A stretch of DNA of 64,000 nt from Glaucostegus cemiculus (taxonomy: Eukaryota), in assembly GCA_976551045.1 (NCBI GenBank), contig CDPCPM010000281.1, positions 15,562,001-15,626,000 of the forward strand, in the 5' to 3' direction. A program made the position numbers and the translations under genes. The notes below the pieces were generated by a model that saw only the letters and a program-made list of their open reading frames with translations, had not been told where the DNA came from and did no database searches. Below are positions 11,736-24,600 of the stretch, piece by piece. How positions within the stretch are numbered: position 1 is the first letter of the stretch; each line of letters opens with the position of its first letter.

Positions 11736-14227
11736 CCCACTTTGGGAAGAGGATGAGAAATGGGGACTTGGAGTGGGCCGGAAACAAGAGCAGGAATGAG
11801 GAGTTTAAGTACAGATGGACAATTTAGGAGAAAGAGAAGGAAACAGTAAAGGGGATAATTGCGTAGTAAGAAGGGGCATTTAACAAGGTAAAACACTTAC
11901 AGGGTGAGGAAACTGAATGGATGTTCAGGACATGGAGATCTGTCGAAGAGAAAGAGAATAATGGGAACGTAGAAACAAAAGAGCAGTGAGCTCTAGAAGT
12001 GGTAAATCAGGAAACTGGGCAAGACAAAGGAACTTGAAGGGCAATGGAGGCTTCAGAAAGGTTGTGGGGGGGAGAATGAAGATAGACAGAGAACAGAAAA
12101 AATGTGGCACATTTTTATGATGTAGAAGACTAAGGAAATGGAAACCAAAGATATTGAAGTTGATGGGAAACCTGAATGATGATTACTGGCAAATGAGTTC
12201 ATGAATATCTCGGGATTATTCCAAGGTAGCTACAAAGAAAAACTAAGATACTGCGGAATGTCAGCTGGGGCAGGTCGAGCAAGCTTAAGGCTTGTAAACC
12301 AACACATGGAAAGTGACAATGAACGCATTTGAGAGTCTGAGTGGGATCTTATGGCAATGAGTGACAGTAGTCGAATCGTCACGACTGGTGCTGAACCATG
12401 GTACACCGCTGCTCTCATCCCGAGGTCAGTTCAGTCACATTGCTGGGAGCTTTCCACTGGGATAGACTTATGATGTTACCAGGTGGAGCTCAGTATCTGT
12501 TAATAGCCTAATTTATAATCTGAACAGCACTTGTCTCTGCTTTAGGCTTTGATGGATGAATTCAGACCAGGCAACAATGATGAAACTCTCTGCTCATCGA
12601 TGCTTTAAGTACTTACCATGCACAAGCTCCTCAAATTAATTTAATGGGATTTTGACAGTCAGTAAAACTGTGTTTGTAAATTAATTAACAGATACATTTT
12701 GGAACTGAATACACTAGCTTTCCACTCAATGAGCAAATTGAAAATGGTGTAAAATTCATTTTAATGTTTAAAATAATTTATTACTTGACTGCAATCTAAC
12801 CAAAGGATTCAGATGATTTACACATAATGGATCTTTGGCACAGATGCAGCTGGGATCTAACTGATAGATGTGGGTGGTTACAAAGAGAACAACCCATCTC
12901 TGCCAGTGGATTTCAGAGTGGGATTTAAGCAAAGGATTATATAGTTCACATATAGAATAATGATACTTGACAGGTTGCAAGATGGGATCTAATTAAAGAA
13001 TTTAGATAGCTTATGTTTGAATTATGGATCCTTCACAGTGGATTATAGGCTGGGATCTAATAAAGGTTTATCTCAAATCACTGCCTTGCCTATTTCTACA
13101 AACATTAAACTACTTCGGAGTTTTATACGTAAAAATGCTGTATAAATTCAAGCTGCTCATGTTATTGTCCCTGTGCCATGGCCTCTCATCTGGAATTCTC
13201 GATTACCAGCTCTGGGAAAATTAATTGAAATTGTAATAAAAGCAATCCCTCAGTGACAAATATCCCGAAGTCATAATCTGCCATTCAAATCAGCAAAGTC
13301 CCAGCAGATATTCTCCTAAGAACTTTGGCTACGATAGCAATGGGCTGATGCAATTTAATGGAGGGTAGAGAGAGTGGGGCACCCACCCCTAATTATTGAC
13401 CAGTGAAATTAACGGTGATGCAACACACGAGTGAATTGGGATGAGCAGTGACAGGGATCCAATCCTTCCCACCTCATCCTCCTCTTGCGACAAGCTCAGT
13501 CAGTACTGCCTTATCCTGCAAGTATACTTATGGGGAAGTCCAAAAGATGGAAACCAAATGATCCCTCAATTAAACCTCACAGTCTACCTCATTGTGACCT
13601 TGCACCTTACTGTCTACCTGCACTGCATTTTCTCTGTACTGTTACACTTTGTTCTGCACTCTGTTATTGTCTTATCTTGTCCAACCTCAATGCACTGTTG
13701 TAATGAATTGACCTGTATAGACGGTATGCAAGACAAGTTTTTCACTGTGACAATAATAAACCAATTTCATCTGACAGATTCTCCAGCTTGCATCTTGCAA
13801 GCACAAACCTGGAGATACTGGCGGGGGAGTAGTGAAGGCAAATTATCATGGAGTTCAAAGAGGAACTATGTAGGTGGTTGACAGGAAAATATTTGCAGAG
13901 CTATGGAGATAGGGTAGGGGAGGGCTGGCTGGACTGCTCTTGTATGGAGCTGACATGCTGTGGGATGAATGGTCTCCCTCTATATGTAACCTTTCTGTGA
14001 TTGGAATGTACTGTCAGTGAGTGTAGGACTTGGGAGGAATGGTATCGTCAAGAGTGAGTTGCTTGGGGAGTGCCGTCGAGCAAGTGGCAGATCAAAGATC
14101 AGCTGCACATCTGTGAGTTCAGGTGATCAGAAACTATCAATGGACTCTTTCAGTTGGTGAAACATGACGATGCACACTAGAAGTACTCAATAGACTAAAA
14201 CATCCCAAGCATGTGAAGACACAGTCT

Positions 14228-15617
14228 CCGAGACCTGGGACACAACACCTCCCTTTGCAACTGAATCCTTGACTTCCTGACCAACAGAGCGCAATCAGTG
14301 AGGATAGGCAGCAACAGCTCCAGCACGATTATTCTCAACACTGGTGTCCCACAAGGCTGTGTCCTCAGCCCCCTGCTTTACTCGCTATACACTCAGGACT
14401 GCATGGACAGATTCTGCTCTAACTCCATCTACAAGTTTGCTGATGATACCTCTGTAATGGGCAGGCATGGTAGTGTAGCGGTTAGCGTAATGCTTTACAA
14501 CACCAGTGACCCAGGTTCAATTCCCGCTGCTGCCTGTAAGGAGTTTGTACGTTCTCCCCATGTCTGTGTGGGTTTCCACTGGGTGCTCTGGTTTCTTCCC
14601 ACATTCCAAAGACATACGGGTTAGGAAGTTGTGGGCATGCTATGTTGGTGCTGGAAGTGTGGTGACACTTGCAGGCTGCCCCAGAACAATCTACGCAAAA
14701 AGATGCATTTCACTGTGTCTTTCAATGTACATGCAGCTAATAAAGATATCTTATCTCAAATAGCAATGAGTCGGAGTACAGGAAGGAGATAGAGAGCTTA
14801 CTAACATCGTGTAGGACAACAACCTTTCCCTCAATGTCAGCAAAACAAAAGAGCTGGTCATTGACTTCAGGAAGGGGGACGATGCACACACTCCAGTCTA
14901 CATCAATGGTGCTGAGTTTGAAAGGGTTGAGAGTTTCAAGTTGCTGGGAGTGAACATCACCAATAGCCTGTCCTGATCCAACCACATAGACGCCACAGCC
15001 AAGAAAGCTCACCAGTGCCTCTACTTCCTCGAGAGCTGAAGAAATTTAGCATGTTCCTGTCGACCCTTACCAATCTTTTATCGATGCATCATAGAAACAT
15101 CCGATCTGGATACATCACGGCTTGGTATGGCAACTGCTCTGACTGTGAACGCAAGAAACTGCAGAGAGTTGTGGAAACAGCTCAGCACATCACGGAAAAC
15201 AGCCTCCCCTCCATGACTCTGTCTATACCTCTTGCTGCCTCAGTAAAGCAGCCAGCATAATCAAAGACCCCACCCACCCTGCTCGTTCTCTCTTCTCCCC
15301 GCTCCCTTTGGACAGAAGATACAAAAGCCTGAAACATGTACCACCAGGTTCAAGGACAGCTTCTATCCCACCGTTATAAGACTATTGAATGGTTCCCTAG
15401 TACGCAAAGATGGACTCTTGACCTCACAACCTACCTCATTATGACCTTGCACCTGTCTACCTGCACTGCACTTTCTCTGTAGCTGTTACACTTTATTCTG
15501 CATTCAGTTATTGTACTACCACAATATACAGTTGTAATGAATCGATCTGTATGAATAGTATGCAAGACAAGTTTTTCACTGTACCTCAGTACATGCGACA
15601 ATAATAAATCAATTCCA
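14228..15617 (+). mobile_element. Rex1-type LINE (RT to 3' end) interrupted by a SINE
   Basis: [21 protein letters not shown]...[10 protein letters not shown] motifs, ITAWYGNCS...KKLQRVV C-terminus, 3' tail. Confidence 0.9.
14460..14755 (+). mobile_element. V-SINE-type element nested in the Rex1-type LINE
   Basis: ggtagtgtagcggttagc A-box-like head, B box, V core, tail ending taataaagatatcttatct. Confidence 0.85.
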
Positions 15618-17371
15618 CTTTCAGTCTAATTCTGACTTTGCAAAAGAACTACAACATTTAGTAACGGCAAGACAGGGCTCTCCATAATCACCATGAGGGT
15701 ATAACCAGAGTGGGTCCAGGTCTAGTACGGATTACTGATCAATGCCCATCCCTTCATTGCATGCGTGGATGGATGTGGGATTAAACAATCAGACTCACTT
15801 GCAATATTTACTGCAATCCAGTAGCCTGTCGATACTGTCTAGACATGCAAATTAGCTGCTTAGATGAAGTATAGGAAGAGAGTGACAAACAGCACAGCAT
15901 GTGGAGGTCAGAGGATCAGAAAACTGATAAAAATAAGCCACTTCACCTGTAGCCAGTTTAATGGTTTGTTTGGTGTGGTAATGTTGCCCTCTGCAGGACT
16001 GAAGGGTTTTATCAGGACGAACAGTGTATTCTATACTTGCCATTCATTCCCCACTGTTCAATCTAATTTGTTGTCTTCGATTATAGACAGCACATATCCT
16101 CAATAGATTAAAATTATTTATTGAGATTTATGCTTTTAACAACATTCCATCTGATTTTCACCCATTGGGAATACTTCAGGCTTTCCATTCCCAGGGCAGC
16201 TCTGTGTTTGGTAGCTTTGAGTTTTTGTTTACCCTTCATAGCATAGAAATGGAATTCTGCTTGACTCCTTCCTTGGATAGACCACCTATAAAACAGCAGC
16301 TCAGCCTGACAGACCATGTGACCCCAGTGTCATGATATGGTTAATGCCCATTCCAATTAAAGACTGCACAGAGCCATCCCATTCTTTTCCCATTGTCATT
16401 TCATGCACAGCCATTAAATCATGTGCTCTCTGCACCTTATTCTAAACAACAGTGTAGGATTGCAGTCGTTTCTCACTGTAGTACTTGAACAGCACATCCA
16501 AGCCTGTTAGTTCCAGTCTGTCATGTCAGTCAAAGGGCTTTGGATTGCAACCACATCCCAGCACTTGAACACATGCTCCAGGTTAACAAGTTCCATATGA
16601 GGGGAATCTGCCCAGTTGGAGATTCTACATTGGACAAATGGAGGTTTTGGATATCAGAAATAAACCAACGGCTAATCTCAGATGACTACGTTCTTCCATG
16701 CAAGAACAAAGCAGATCATTTTCAGGCCCTGCCTCAAAGTTCATAACCTCATGACTTTGTACTTTGGGCTCCTCATTATCCCACTTGAAACTAGCTCACT
16801 TCTTCTGAAACTAGTTCAGTTCTGCATCTTCTTTGACCCCAGGTGGAGCACTCACAACCGAATGTCTCCATCACAAACTGAGCCTATTTTTAATCTTTGC
16901 AGCATTCCCCATTTCTGTCCCTCCCTCCGTATCGTTTGGATATTCTTAACTGCTGCCTTTAACTTGGAATTTGTTTCCAAACGTTAGTGAACTATCTTGA
17001 GATATTTGAGTGCCCGTTAATGCTGGATGTCCTGTTAGAACTGTATTTTTTAAAATCCCAAATAAATGACAGGGTAAGAGGCTCCCTCACCACTTCCTCT
17101 TTAACCCACAGACCAAGGTCAAGTGCTGTAATATCAAGAATCTGGCGCAAAGCAGGATTACACCAGCAACCTTCAAAGGCTCATGACCATCCTGCCAAGG
17201 AATTTAACTACTGGCAGATCTTCTTTCTAACATCAGGACAGGAGGTCCAACCCTAAGAGTAAACTGTTTGGAAAAACAAGAGTGATATAAACCAGGGCAT
17301 TCTGCAACATCTGGGCTGGACAGCAGCTTGCAGTCCAAATAATAACCCTTGTACCACTTTGCAAAGACCAG

Positions 17372-17625
17372 AGGACTGCGGTAGCATAGAGGGTAGCGCG
17401 ACACTATTGCAGCACCAGCGATCAGGCTTCGACTCCCATCGTTGTCTGTAAGGAGTTTGTAGGTTCTGTGTCTGCGTGGGTTTCCTCCGGGTGCTCCGGC
17501 TTCCTCCCACATTCCAAAGATGTACGGGTAGGTTAACTTGGGTTTAAAATGGGCGGCGTGAACTTATTGGGCCAGAAGGGCCTGTTACCATGCTGTAAAT
17601 AAAATTTTAAAAATTTAATTTAAAT
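17372..17625 (+). mobile_element. V-SINE-type element with CR1-like tail
   Basis: Same head and core as the 9000 copy but ends ttgggccagaagggcctgttaccatgctgtaaataaaa. Confidence 0.8.
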
Positions 17626-18309
17626 TTAACTCTGGCAATATATCAATGAATATAGGAAGAAGTGGACATTAATGCAAAAGACAGATGAAGTACAGCCAAG
17701 GGAATGGGTTTGTAGAAGGACTGTTAGAAAGTAAAGCATTGCAGGTAGATAATTCCTGGAAGAATACAAGCCGAAATCCAGAGAGATATGGAGTGCGCAG
17801 GCCGGAATGGAATGAGGCCATGAATAGAGGTGAAGGAGTCTCACTGGGTGGCAGGTGGGCACTGCAGTTGTACTGGGAGAACTTGCGGGAGTAAGCAAGG
17901 GAGATGTGCAAGGTCAGAAGTCTGGATTTGATGGGTTCTCAAGTGAAAATAGAGAAGCCAGTGGGGGGGAGAAAAAGCACCCGTAATATCAATCCTACAG
18001 ACAAGTAGTTAACATTGTAGCAATGTGGACCCAAGGGAGCAGCTGATGGTCTGAGGGTTGAAGGAGCTGGTCTTGGCGATGGACTGAATGCAAAGTGTAA
18101 GCTCGGCTCAGGGTGTATTGCCAGGGAACTGGAATTGCAGGGAGTGATGAATGAGACATGATTGGAGTCACATTGGAACCTTCAGCTCTAAGGTATGTCA
18201 TTGGAAAGATTTATTAATGCAACTTAGAATTAGAAGGGAGCAAGTAAGGAAGTGTGTGCATGGAGAATAGAAGCAGTCTATGAAAACAAATCCATGAGAG
18301 CTCTGCAGC

Positions 18310-18600
18310 TTACATAGAGCACAGAAAAGTACGGCACAGCCCCTTCAGCCCATAATGTCTATGCCAATCATGATGCCAGTTTGAACTGCACATGGTCTAT
18401 ATCTCTCCATTCTCTGTCTGTTCATGTGCCTAACTGCCTCTTAAAAGTTGCTGTCATATCTGCTTCCATCACTTCCCCTGGCAGTGCATTCCAGGCACCT
18501 ACCACTTTGTGTAAAAAAAAAGTTGCCTCACACATCTCCTTTAAACTTTCCCTCTCTCACCTTATGGTATTTCCACCCTGGAGAAAGACTATCTATCCCA
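18310..18600 (-). mobile_element. CR1 LINE 3' end
   Basis: Reverse complement of the CR1 3' end (ccccttcagccca...ggcagtgcattccaggcacctaccac). Confidence 0.75.
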
Positions 18601-18998
18601 GACAGAGGTAACAAAAGAAGAAGTAGAAGGAGGCATCTGAGGAGAAAATGGTGATATGGTGTTTCCTAGTTGTCCATAAGTGTTTTGGTTTTAAAAGGAA
18701 GATTTAAGGATAGAAAAATGTAATACCGCTCGCCCTAGTTAAGCCAGGTTGGGTCAGAATGTTAAATGTGTCCAACTCTACAGCTCAAGGAGTCCAGCCC
18801 ATGGACAAAACTGCTTTACAGAAGTGGGAGAGGGATAAGCGATCATCGAGGATCTTGCCTGCACTTAAAAGAATTGCATTTTATTTAAACAGACCGATGA
18901 AAGTCCATGGAGCTTGCCAGTAAAGGAGCTGAATGTTAGAAAGTGCACTGGAACAAGAGGTTGCAAATTGTTTGGCTCCAATTCATTGTTTCTGTAAT

Positions 18999-19004
18999 TT
19001 TATT
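18999..19004 (-). terminator. Candidate polyadenylation signal AATAAA for HIP1 (second candidate at 18880-18885)
   Basis: tttatt on the plus strand; first such hexamer I found downstream of the stop. Confidence 0.45.
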
Positions 19005-20529
19005 TTATAATAAATGTGAATTTGTAGTTTTTAGTCTGAGCCACACAGTCTAGTGTTTTCAATGGTGTAGCAGGATCTGGGGCAAGCAGTGCTGGGGTGA
19101 CCTTCCCAGCTGAAAAGGGTTCATCTGATCACTGTAGCATTGCCAATGTTGGGAGTCTGCTGTGCAGATATGTTTCTATTACATTATGTCAAGCACTCAA
19201 AACATGTCAAGTTTGTTACCTACAAATGCAGTTGTCAACAGTAGGCAGAAGTAAATCATATTAGGAAGTTGCCCAAACTGCAATCATGTTCAAATCTCTA
19301 GGTCTTGATGTAGATTCCATTTCCAAAGGGCACGCAAGGAAAGTGGTGAATGGGAGCAAGGAAAGAGATAAACAGAACTAAATGTGGATTCAAATCAGTT
19401 AAAACAAGAATTAATCGAAACAACAGAAGTTGAAAATCTCCATTTTTATGATTTAAAACAAATATTAAAAAGTATAAAGTCGAGCGTGTACAAAGTTGGA
19501 ACAAATTCATTACAAGAGCATGGGTGCAGAGTATTGTTTCTGTAAGTGTGCTCAGAGTTAGAGTATAATGCCACAGCAATCAAATCCCTGCAAAAGATCA
19601 GTCACAGTTTGCAATGAAAGGGGAAACATTCTCAGTAGATATCATCCATGGATCATTGCGGGTGGGGACTCACAACAATGTTCAACTGTAAAAGACAAGT
19701 CAAGTCAAACTTTCCTGCTAAAAAAAAAACGTTTATAAGTTAAGCTATGAAGGGGATTAGAAAGTCCAACATTTTCAGGGAAGGTAATAATTAACCTACT
19801 TTGAGATACATTAGCAGATTTGTCAAGAGTAAACTTAATTCATTTTAAATAAATTGTTAAAAATCATACTTCTTCCCAAGTAGTTACAAATCCAAGCGTT
19901 TTCTCTCTCTGCTCTTAACTAATGAACCCCCTTCGCCAGCACTGTCTTTCAAAAGTGACGTTATTCAATTGAGTTACAGTTGCTGAACTGTAAACTAATA
20001 TGAAACTTTGCTTTTCCCTCTCTTCCTTGAGCTGAAATGGGGATTTAGTAAAAGTGGACACTGCAAGTCTATACTGCTCCTTTACGCGTAACAAAACAGA
20101 AAGGTAGCTTGATCCTCTGAGATGGTCACTGCCGCAGCTACTTCATGGAGCAGAAGGGGATAAGCAAGGTCGGGGTGGGGGGGGGGGGGGGAGAGGGAAG
20201 TGGCTGTAGGATGTACTGGGAAAAGGAAAAGGATGTGCTTCAGCCACTGGTGTTACAATGGGAAGCTGGTAAGTATATGGGAGAGAAAACAAGAGTATTT
20301 TGATAGGAGCAAGAAACAAACTGCTGGAAGAACCCAGTGTGTCAAGCAGCATTAGGTGCTGCCTGATCTGCTGAGTTCTTCCACCAATTTGTTTTCTGCT
20401 GCATATTCCAGCACCTGCAGTTTTGTGTGTCTCTATCAGCACCTTGATAGGGTAAGGTTGAGTAAATGGAGTATAAACACCAGCAATGACCAAACTGTAA
20501 CATGTTGTAAAATGCCGTGCCACAAGATA

Positions 20530-20795
20530 ACAAAGAACACAATGGCAAAGGCAGTAGGGACAAGGGAACCCTGCCACATACACGTTCCCTGCGAGCTGCA
20601 CACCATTCAGACCATACTTCCATTTCTTCATCGTTGGATCAAAATTCTGGGACTCGCCACCACATCGCTGTCTGCAAGTACTATCACTGTATGAATTATG
20701 CGATTAAGGAAAGCAGCTCCTCACCACTTTCTCGAGGACAATTATAGATGGGCAGTAAACAGTAGCACTTCCTGCAACGTCCACATCCCACACAG
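20530..20795 (+). mobile_element. CR1-clade LINE 3' fragment
   Basis: cacaccat...tcaaaattctgggactc...agctcctcaccactttctcgaggacaattatagatgggcagtaaa; same tail at about 22870-22945. Confidence 0.55.
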
Positions 20796-21665
20796 GCATA
20801 ATAGAAAGCTGCCTCTGGGCCGTGAAGCTGAACAAATCGTGGTGAGCACCTGCTGGGGAGTCAAGTCCTTCGTATACAGGAAAGACAATCAAATGACTTA
20901 TTCTCTCGCTACCTTTCCTGAGAGTATCAGTATAGTGCCACAGTTCCAAACTGTGCTGTCCATCCTCCAAGAACGCATATCAAAGAGCACTTCAGTCAGC
21001 CTGGACAATAAGTCACTAAATGACGGACAGCATTACACACTTCCTATCCATTAATTAATGAATTATACAATAATAAAAACATTGGCACTCTTTTCACATC
21101 TTCCTTAAATTGTCAGATTTACAGCAACTGTTGTCCCGATTGCTGCCTTGGGCTAGATTAGCCAATGAAAAGAAGACAAACCTGGGACATACTGGTCTGT
21201 ACAGCCTAACCACACAGCAAACTCACCAGTCAACTTCATTTTGAACAGAGGGAAAAGCAAGTCACTTGAATGTTACAAAACTGTCAAGTTTTGCTGGCAG
21301 GTTACCGATATGTGCCAGCAAAGGGGGGTATAAATAGTTAAACCAAGATTTCTTGCAGGTATTGTAATGCAAAGACTAGCATAATACTTACCACTGGTGT
21401 GCAAAAAAAGGTAAAAATATACATATAATAAATAAAGGAACATAACAGCATCATGTCAATAGTGATAGAATCCTGGAATACAACTGGAAAACACTGATAC
21501 AGAAGTGTAGGACCATTCTGGTCAAGGCTCGCGGTTACTGCAGGTATCCTCTCGAAGATGGAGAGAATGGAGTTGGTTTTGTGTGCTCAGAGTTTCAATG
21601 TTCATTCAGTCTTTGATTGGAGGATAAATTCTCACAATCTCCTCTTCATATTCTCCACTTTGCAC

Positions 21666-21676
21666 CTATTTGGTAT
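21666..21676 (-). CDS. HIP1: HIP1 probable last coding exon: (G)AT ACC AAA TAG = DTK*
   Basis: Acceptor aatatttttcttaaacacag in phase 1 with a stop three codons later. Too short to confirm by homology; an alternative acceptor exists at 20265. Confidence 0.55.
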
Positions 21677-24600
21677 CTGTGTTTAAGAAAAATATTTTAT
21701 TTTTAGTTTTTACCTCCTTTCAATCGTTACCCATTCCCAAATGTTGCTCTGATGAAAGGTCATTAGCTCTGTTTCTCCCTCCACAGATGCTGCCTGAGCA
21801 GCTGTGTACTTTTAGAATTTTGTGTGTTCATTTTGGATTTTCACAATTACTAGCTTTACATTATTTAAAAAATACTCAGACCTATCCTGCTTTATTCCAA
21901 AATACATGAAATCATAATTATTTGCATGAAATTTAACCCAACAGTTTTACCTACTCATTTTATCTATCACTATCTCTGTGTAATCTTTTGCTCCCAACTG
22001 CACTTTACCTAGCCCCAACTACATTGCCACCTACCTTAACATTGCTGGGTTATAACTATCCATGGTGTTAACTACATTAATAAATACAATGAATAGATGA
22101 AGTCTCATCATGGATCCTTGTGGGACACCAGAAGATACTTTCTTCCAGCTTGAATACACATCTGTTAGCATAACTGTCCATGTTCTGTCTAACCTGTCTC
22201 CTAATCAAGGCAGTAACTTGATTCAATTTGATAAGCTTTAAGATTTAATTGTCTGTTATGCAGAACCATAGAGTGTTTTCTGGAAAACATTTACCTACAG
22301 TTACCTCTTCAGAAATGTTAATTATGTTTGTTAGGGAAAAACTGTTTAAGTGGGTTGTTTCTAATCAGCTCAGATTCCTCAATTGCTCAGTCATTCTGTC
22401 CTTCATTACAGATTCCAATAGTATCCCCGCAACAGATGTTAGACTAATAGATCCACAATTTCCTGGTCTCCCTACCTTTACTTCAGTAAATAATGAATTC
22501 ACATTTGTAATTTTCAAATCCAAAGAGACAACTCTTGAAAGTAGTGGCAAAAGCATCTGGAAATGTTCACATCTATAGGCTTTAAAAACCTCAGATATGG
22601 TACAGGTATGGCATAATGTGATTAAATTATTGGATTGGTAATCCAGTTGCCTGGAGAAATTAATTCAAATGACAGTGTGGCATGTGAGGAATATCAATCC
22701 AGTTTATTAAATAATCTGAAATTGAAAAGATATGGTCGTTGGAACCATTTTCCAAGCATGAAACTATGAAATTAATGTTTTGTCATAGTTTGCTGGTGTC
22801 CTCAAGGGAAAGAAATTCTTAACACTGAGCTGTACCAAAATACTGCGATAAAAGAAAAGACTTTGGCAGGTCAAGGGAGCAAGTCAAGGTAATTACGGGG
22901 CATATCAAATACTGGCCTTGCCAATGGTGCTAACATCCCAGGAATTAGAAAGGTGGAAACCATTGGATACAGAGCCACACATACAAAATGGTGGATGAAT
23001 TCAGCAGGTCAGGCAGCATCTATGGTGGGAAATGCAGCATCTTGTGTGTGTTGCTCCAGACTCCAGCATCTGCAGAATCTCTTGTGTCATTGGAAACAGA
23101 GAATTTTTTAGCCTTTATTTTTTAGCCTTTAATGCCAATTTTATGGAGCCATAAAGTAATGCAGCATGGAAACAGGACTTTTGGTCCAGTGAGTCCATGC
23201 CAACCATCACACACCTACCTATATTAATCTCATTTTATTCTCCCAACATCCCCATCAACCCTCCCCAGATTCTACCACTCACCTGCAAAGTTGGGCCAAC
23301 TTACAGTGGACAATTAACCAACCAACCTGTATATCTTTGGAATATAGGAGGAAACCAGAGCACCTGGGGGAGACCCACACGGTCACAGGGAGAACATGCA
23401 AGCTCCACAAAGGGAGCGCTGGGGGTCAACACAGAACCTGGGTAACTGGAGCTGTGAGGCAGCAGTTCTACTAGATGTGCCATTGTGCCATCCACTTTCC
23501 TAATACTGTTTTCTCAATAGCTTTAGTTTTAATGAATTGCAGTCCTTGATTCATCAGTATTTTATTTTTGGAATATAAAGCACACAGTATCTTCTTCTGG
23601 TACTGTGAAGACTGACTAAATGTAACGTCCAAATAAGCTGCAATTCCTTTGCTTTGGGAAGGTGCTATGAAAGCCTTTACTTTGCTACATGCTTTAAAAA
23701 AAAGGTGATTCCCTAGTTTCAGTCACGGACTCTCCCATAAAGCAAAGATAGGGAACATAAGAGAAGTCTTGGATCCACTGTTTGCAAAAGCTCACTGTGG
23801 AAGGGGCTCTAGTGTACTTGCCTTGCCTCACTTACAGCTGGCGATGATTTTGTGGCTCTGATAATCATTATTAGCCCAAAGACCTTGGGTAGTATGAGAA
23901 AGAAGTTGCACACACCTTCATCCCAGCCCTCAGAGACTCCTGCCAGCTCGTAATGCTTTTTACGCAGTCCTCCCAGGCGCTGCCTCTCCTTCTGTAGTTG
24001 ACTTTCCAGTTCTAAAACACGAACCTTCAGGGCAAGAATAAAAGCACAAAGATGTTGCATTTACAATTTCACTGCACTGTGGTGGAATCGGTCTGAGAGT
24101 GAACTTGTAGAGGCCCTGCACCAGTTCTTAGTGCACATTACAAACACAGATGTGGAACAGGAAAAGCTGACCGCTCCCACACTTTCTGCAGATCATGTAC
24201 AAGTGCCACCTCTCCACCTGTTTAACCTCCAAAGCAAAAACTCAAACAGATTCTTTATCTATAATAATAATCAAGCAAAACTCTCGAGCATGCTTCAATC
24301 CTCTTCTCTCCATTAACAGAACAACATTCTACCTGACAAAGAATTACTCATTCTTTGAATGATACTCATCATAATACTGCAGGGGGTACAGCTTCTGAGA
24401 AACTGAGAGCTGTGGCTTCCTACTGCCTCATTTGATAAAAAGCTTGTTGGATAAATTCACTCTGATTAGAATGTAAGCTTAATGTCAATTCCCCTAAAAA
24501 TGTTCCCCTGCTGGTGGACCGTAGTATGTGAAAGATGCACTTACTTCAAGGGATGTGGAAGATATAGTCAGAGAGACATTTTATCTTTTTCATTACTTCA

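Larger units (their letters stand above)
18870..21665 (-). other. Probable HIP1 3' UTR (may contain an intron at 20266-21391)
   Basis: Largely unique AU-rich sequence after the stop; the first minus-strand AATAAA hexamers I found are at 18999-19004 and 18880-18885. Confidence 0.5.

Noticed and set aside
14466-14530. tRNA genes at SINE heads (also 9000, 17375, 27450, 33305)
   Set aside because: A/B boxes are present but there is no complete cloverleaf, and each is followed by SINE core and tail.
20143-20265. Proline-rich HIP1R-like tail LPIVTPV...LPPPPPPRPCLSPSAP
   Set aside because: Needs phase 0, but the upstream exon ends in phase 1; only a poor donor (GT|gtgcaa) would give it, and the prolines come from a homopolymer.
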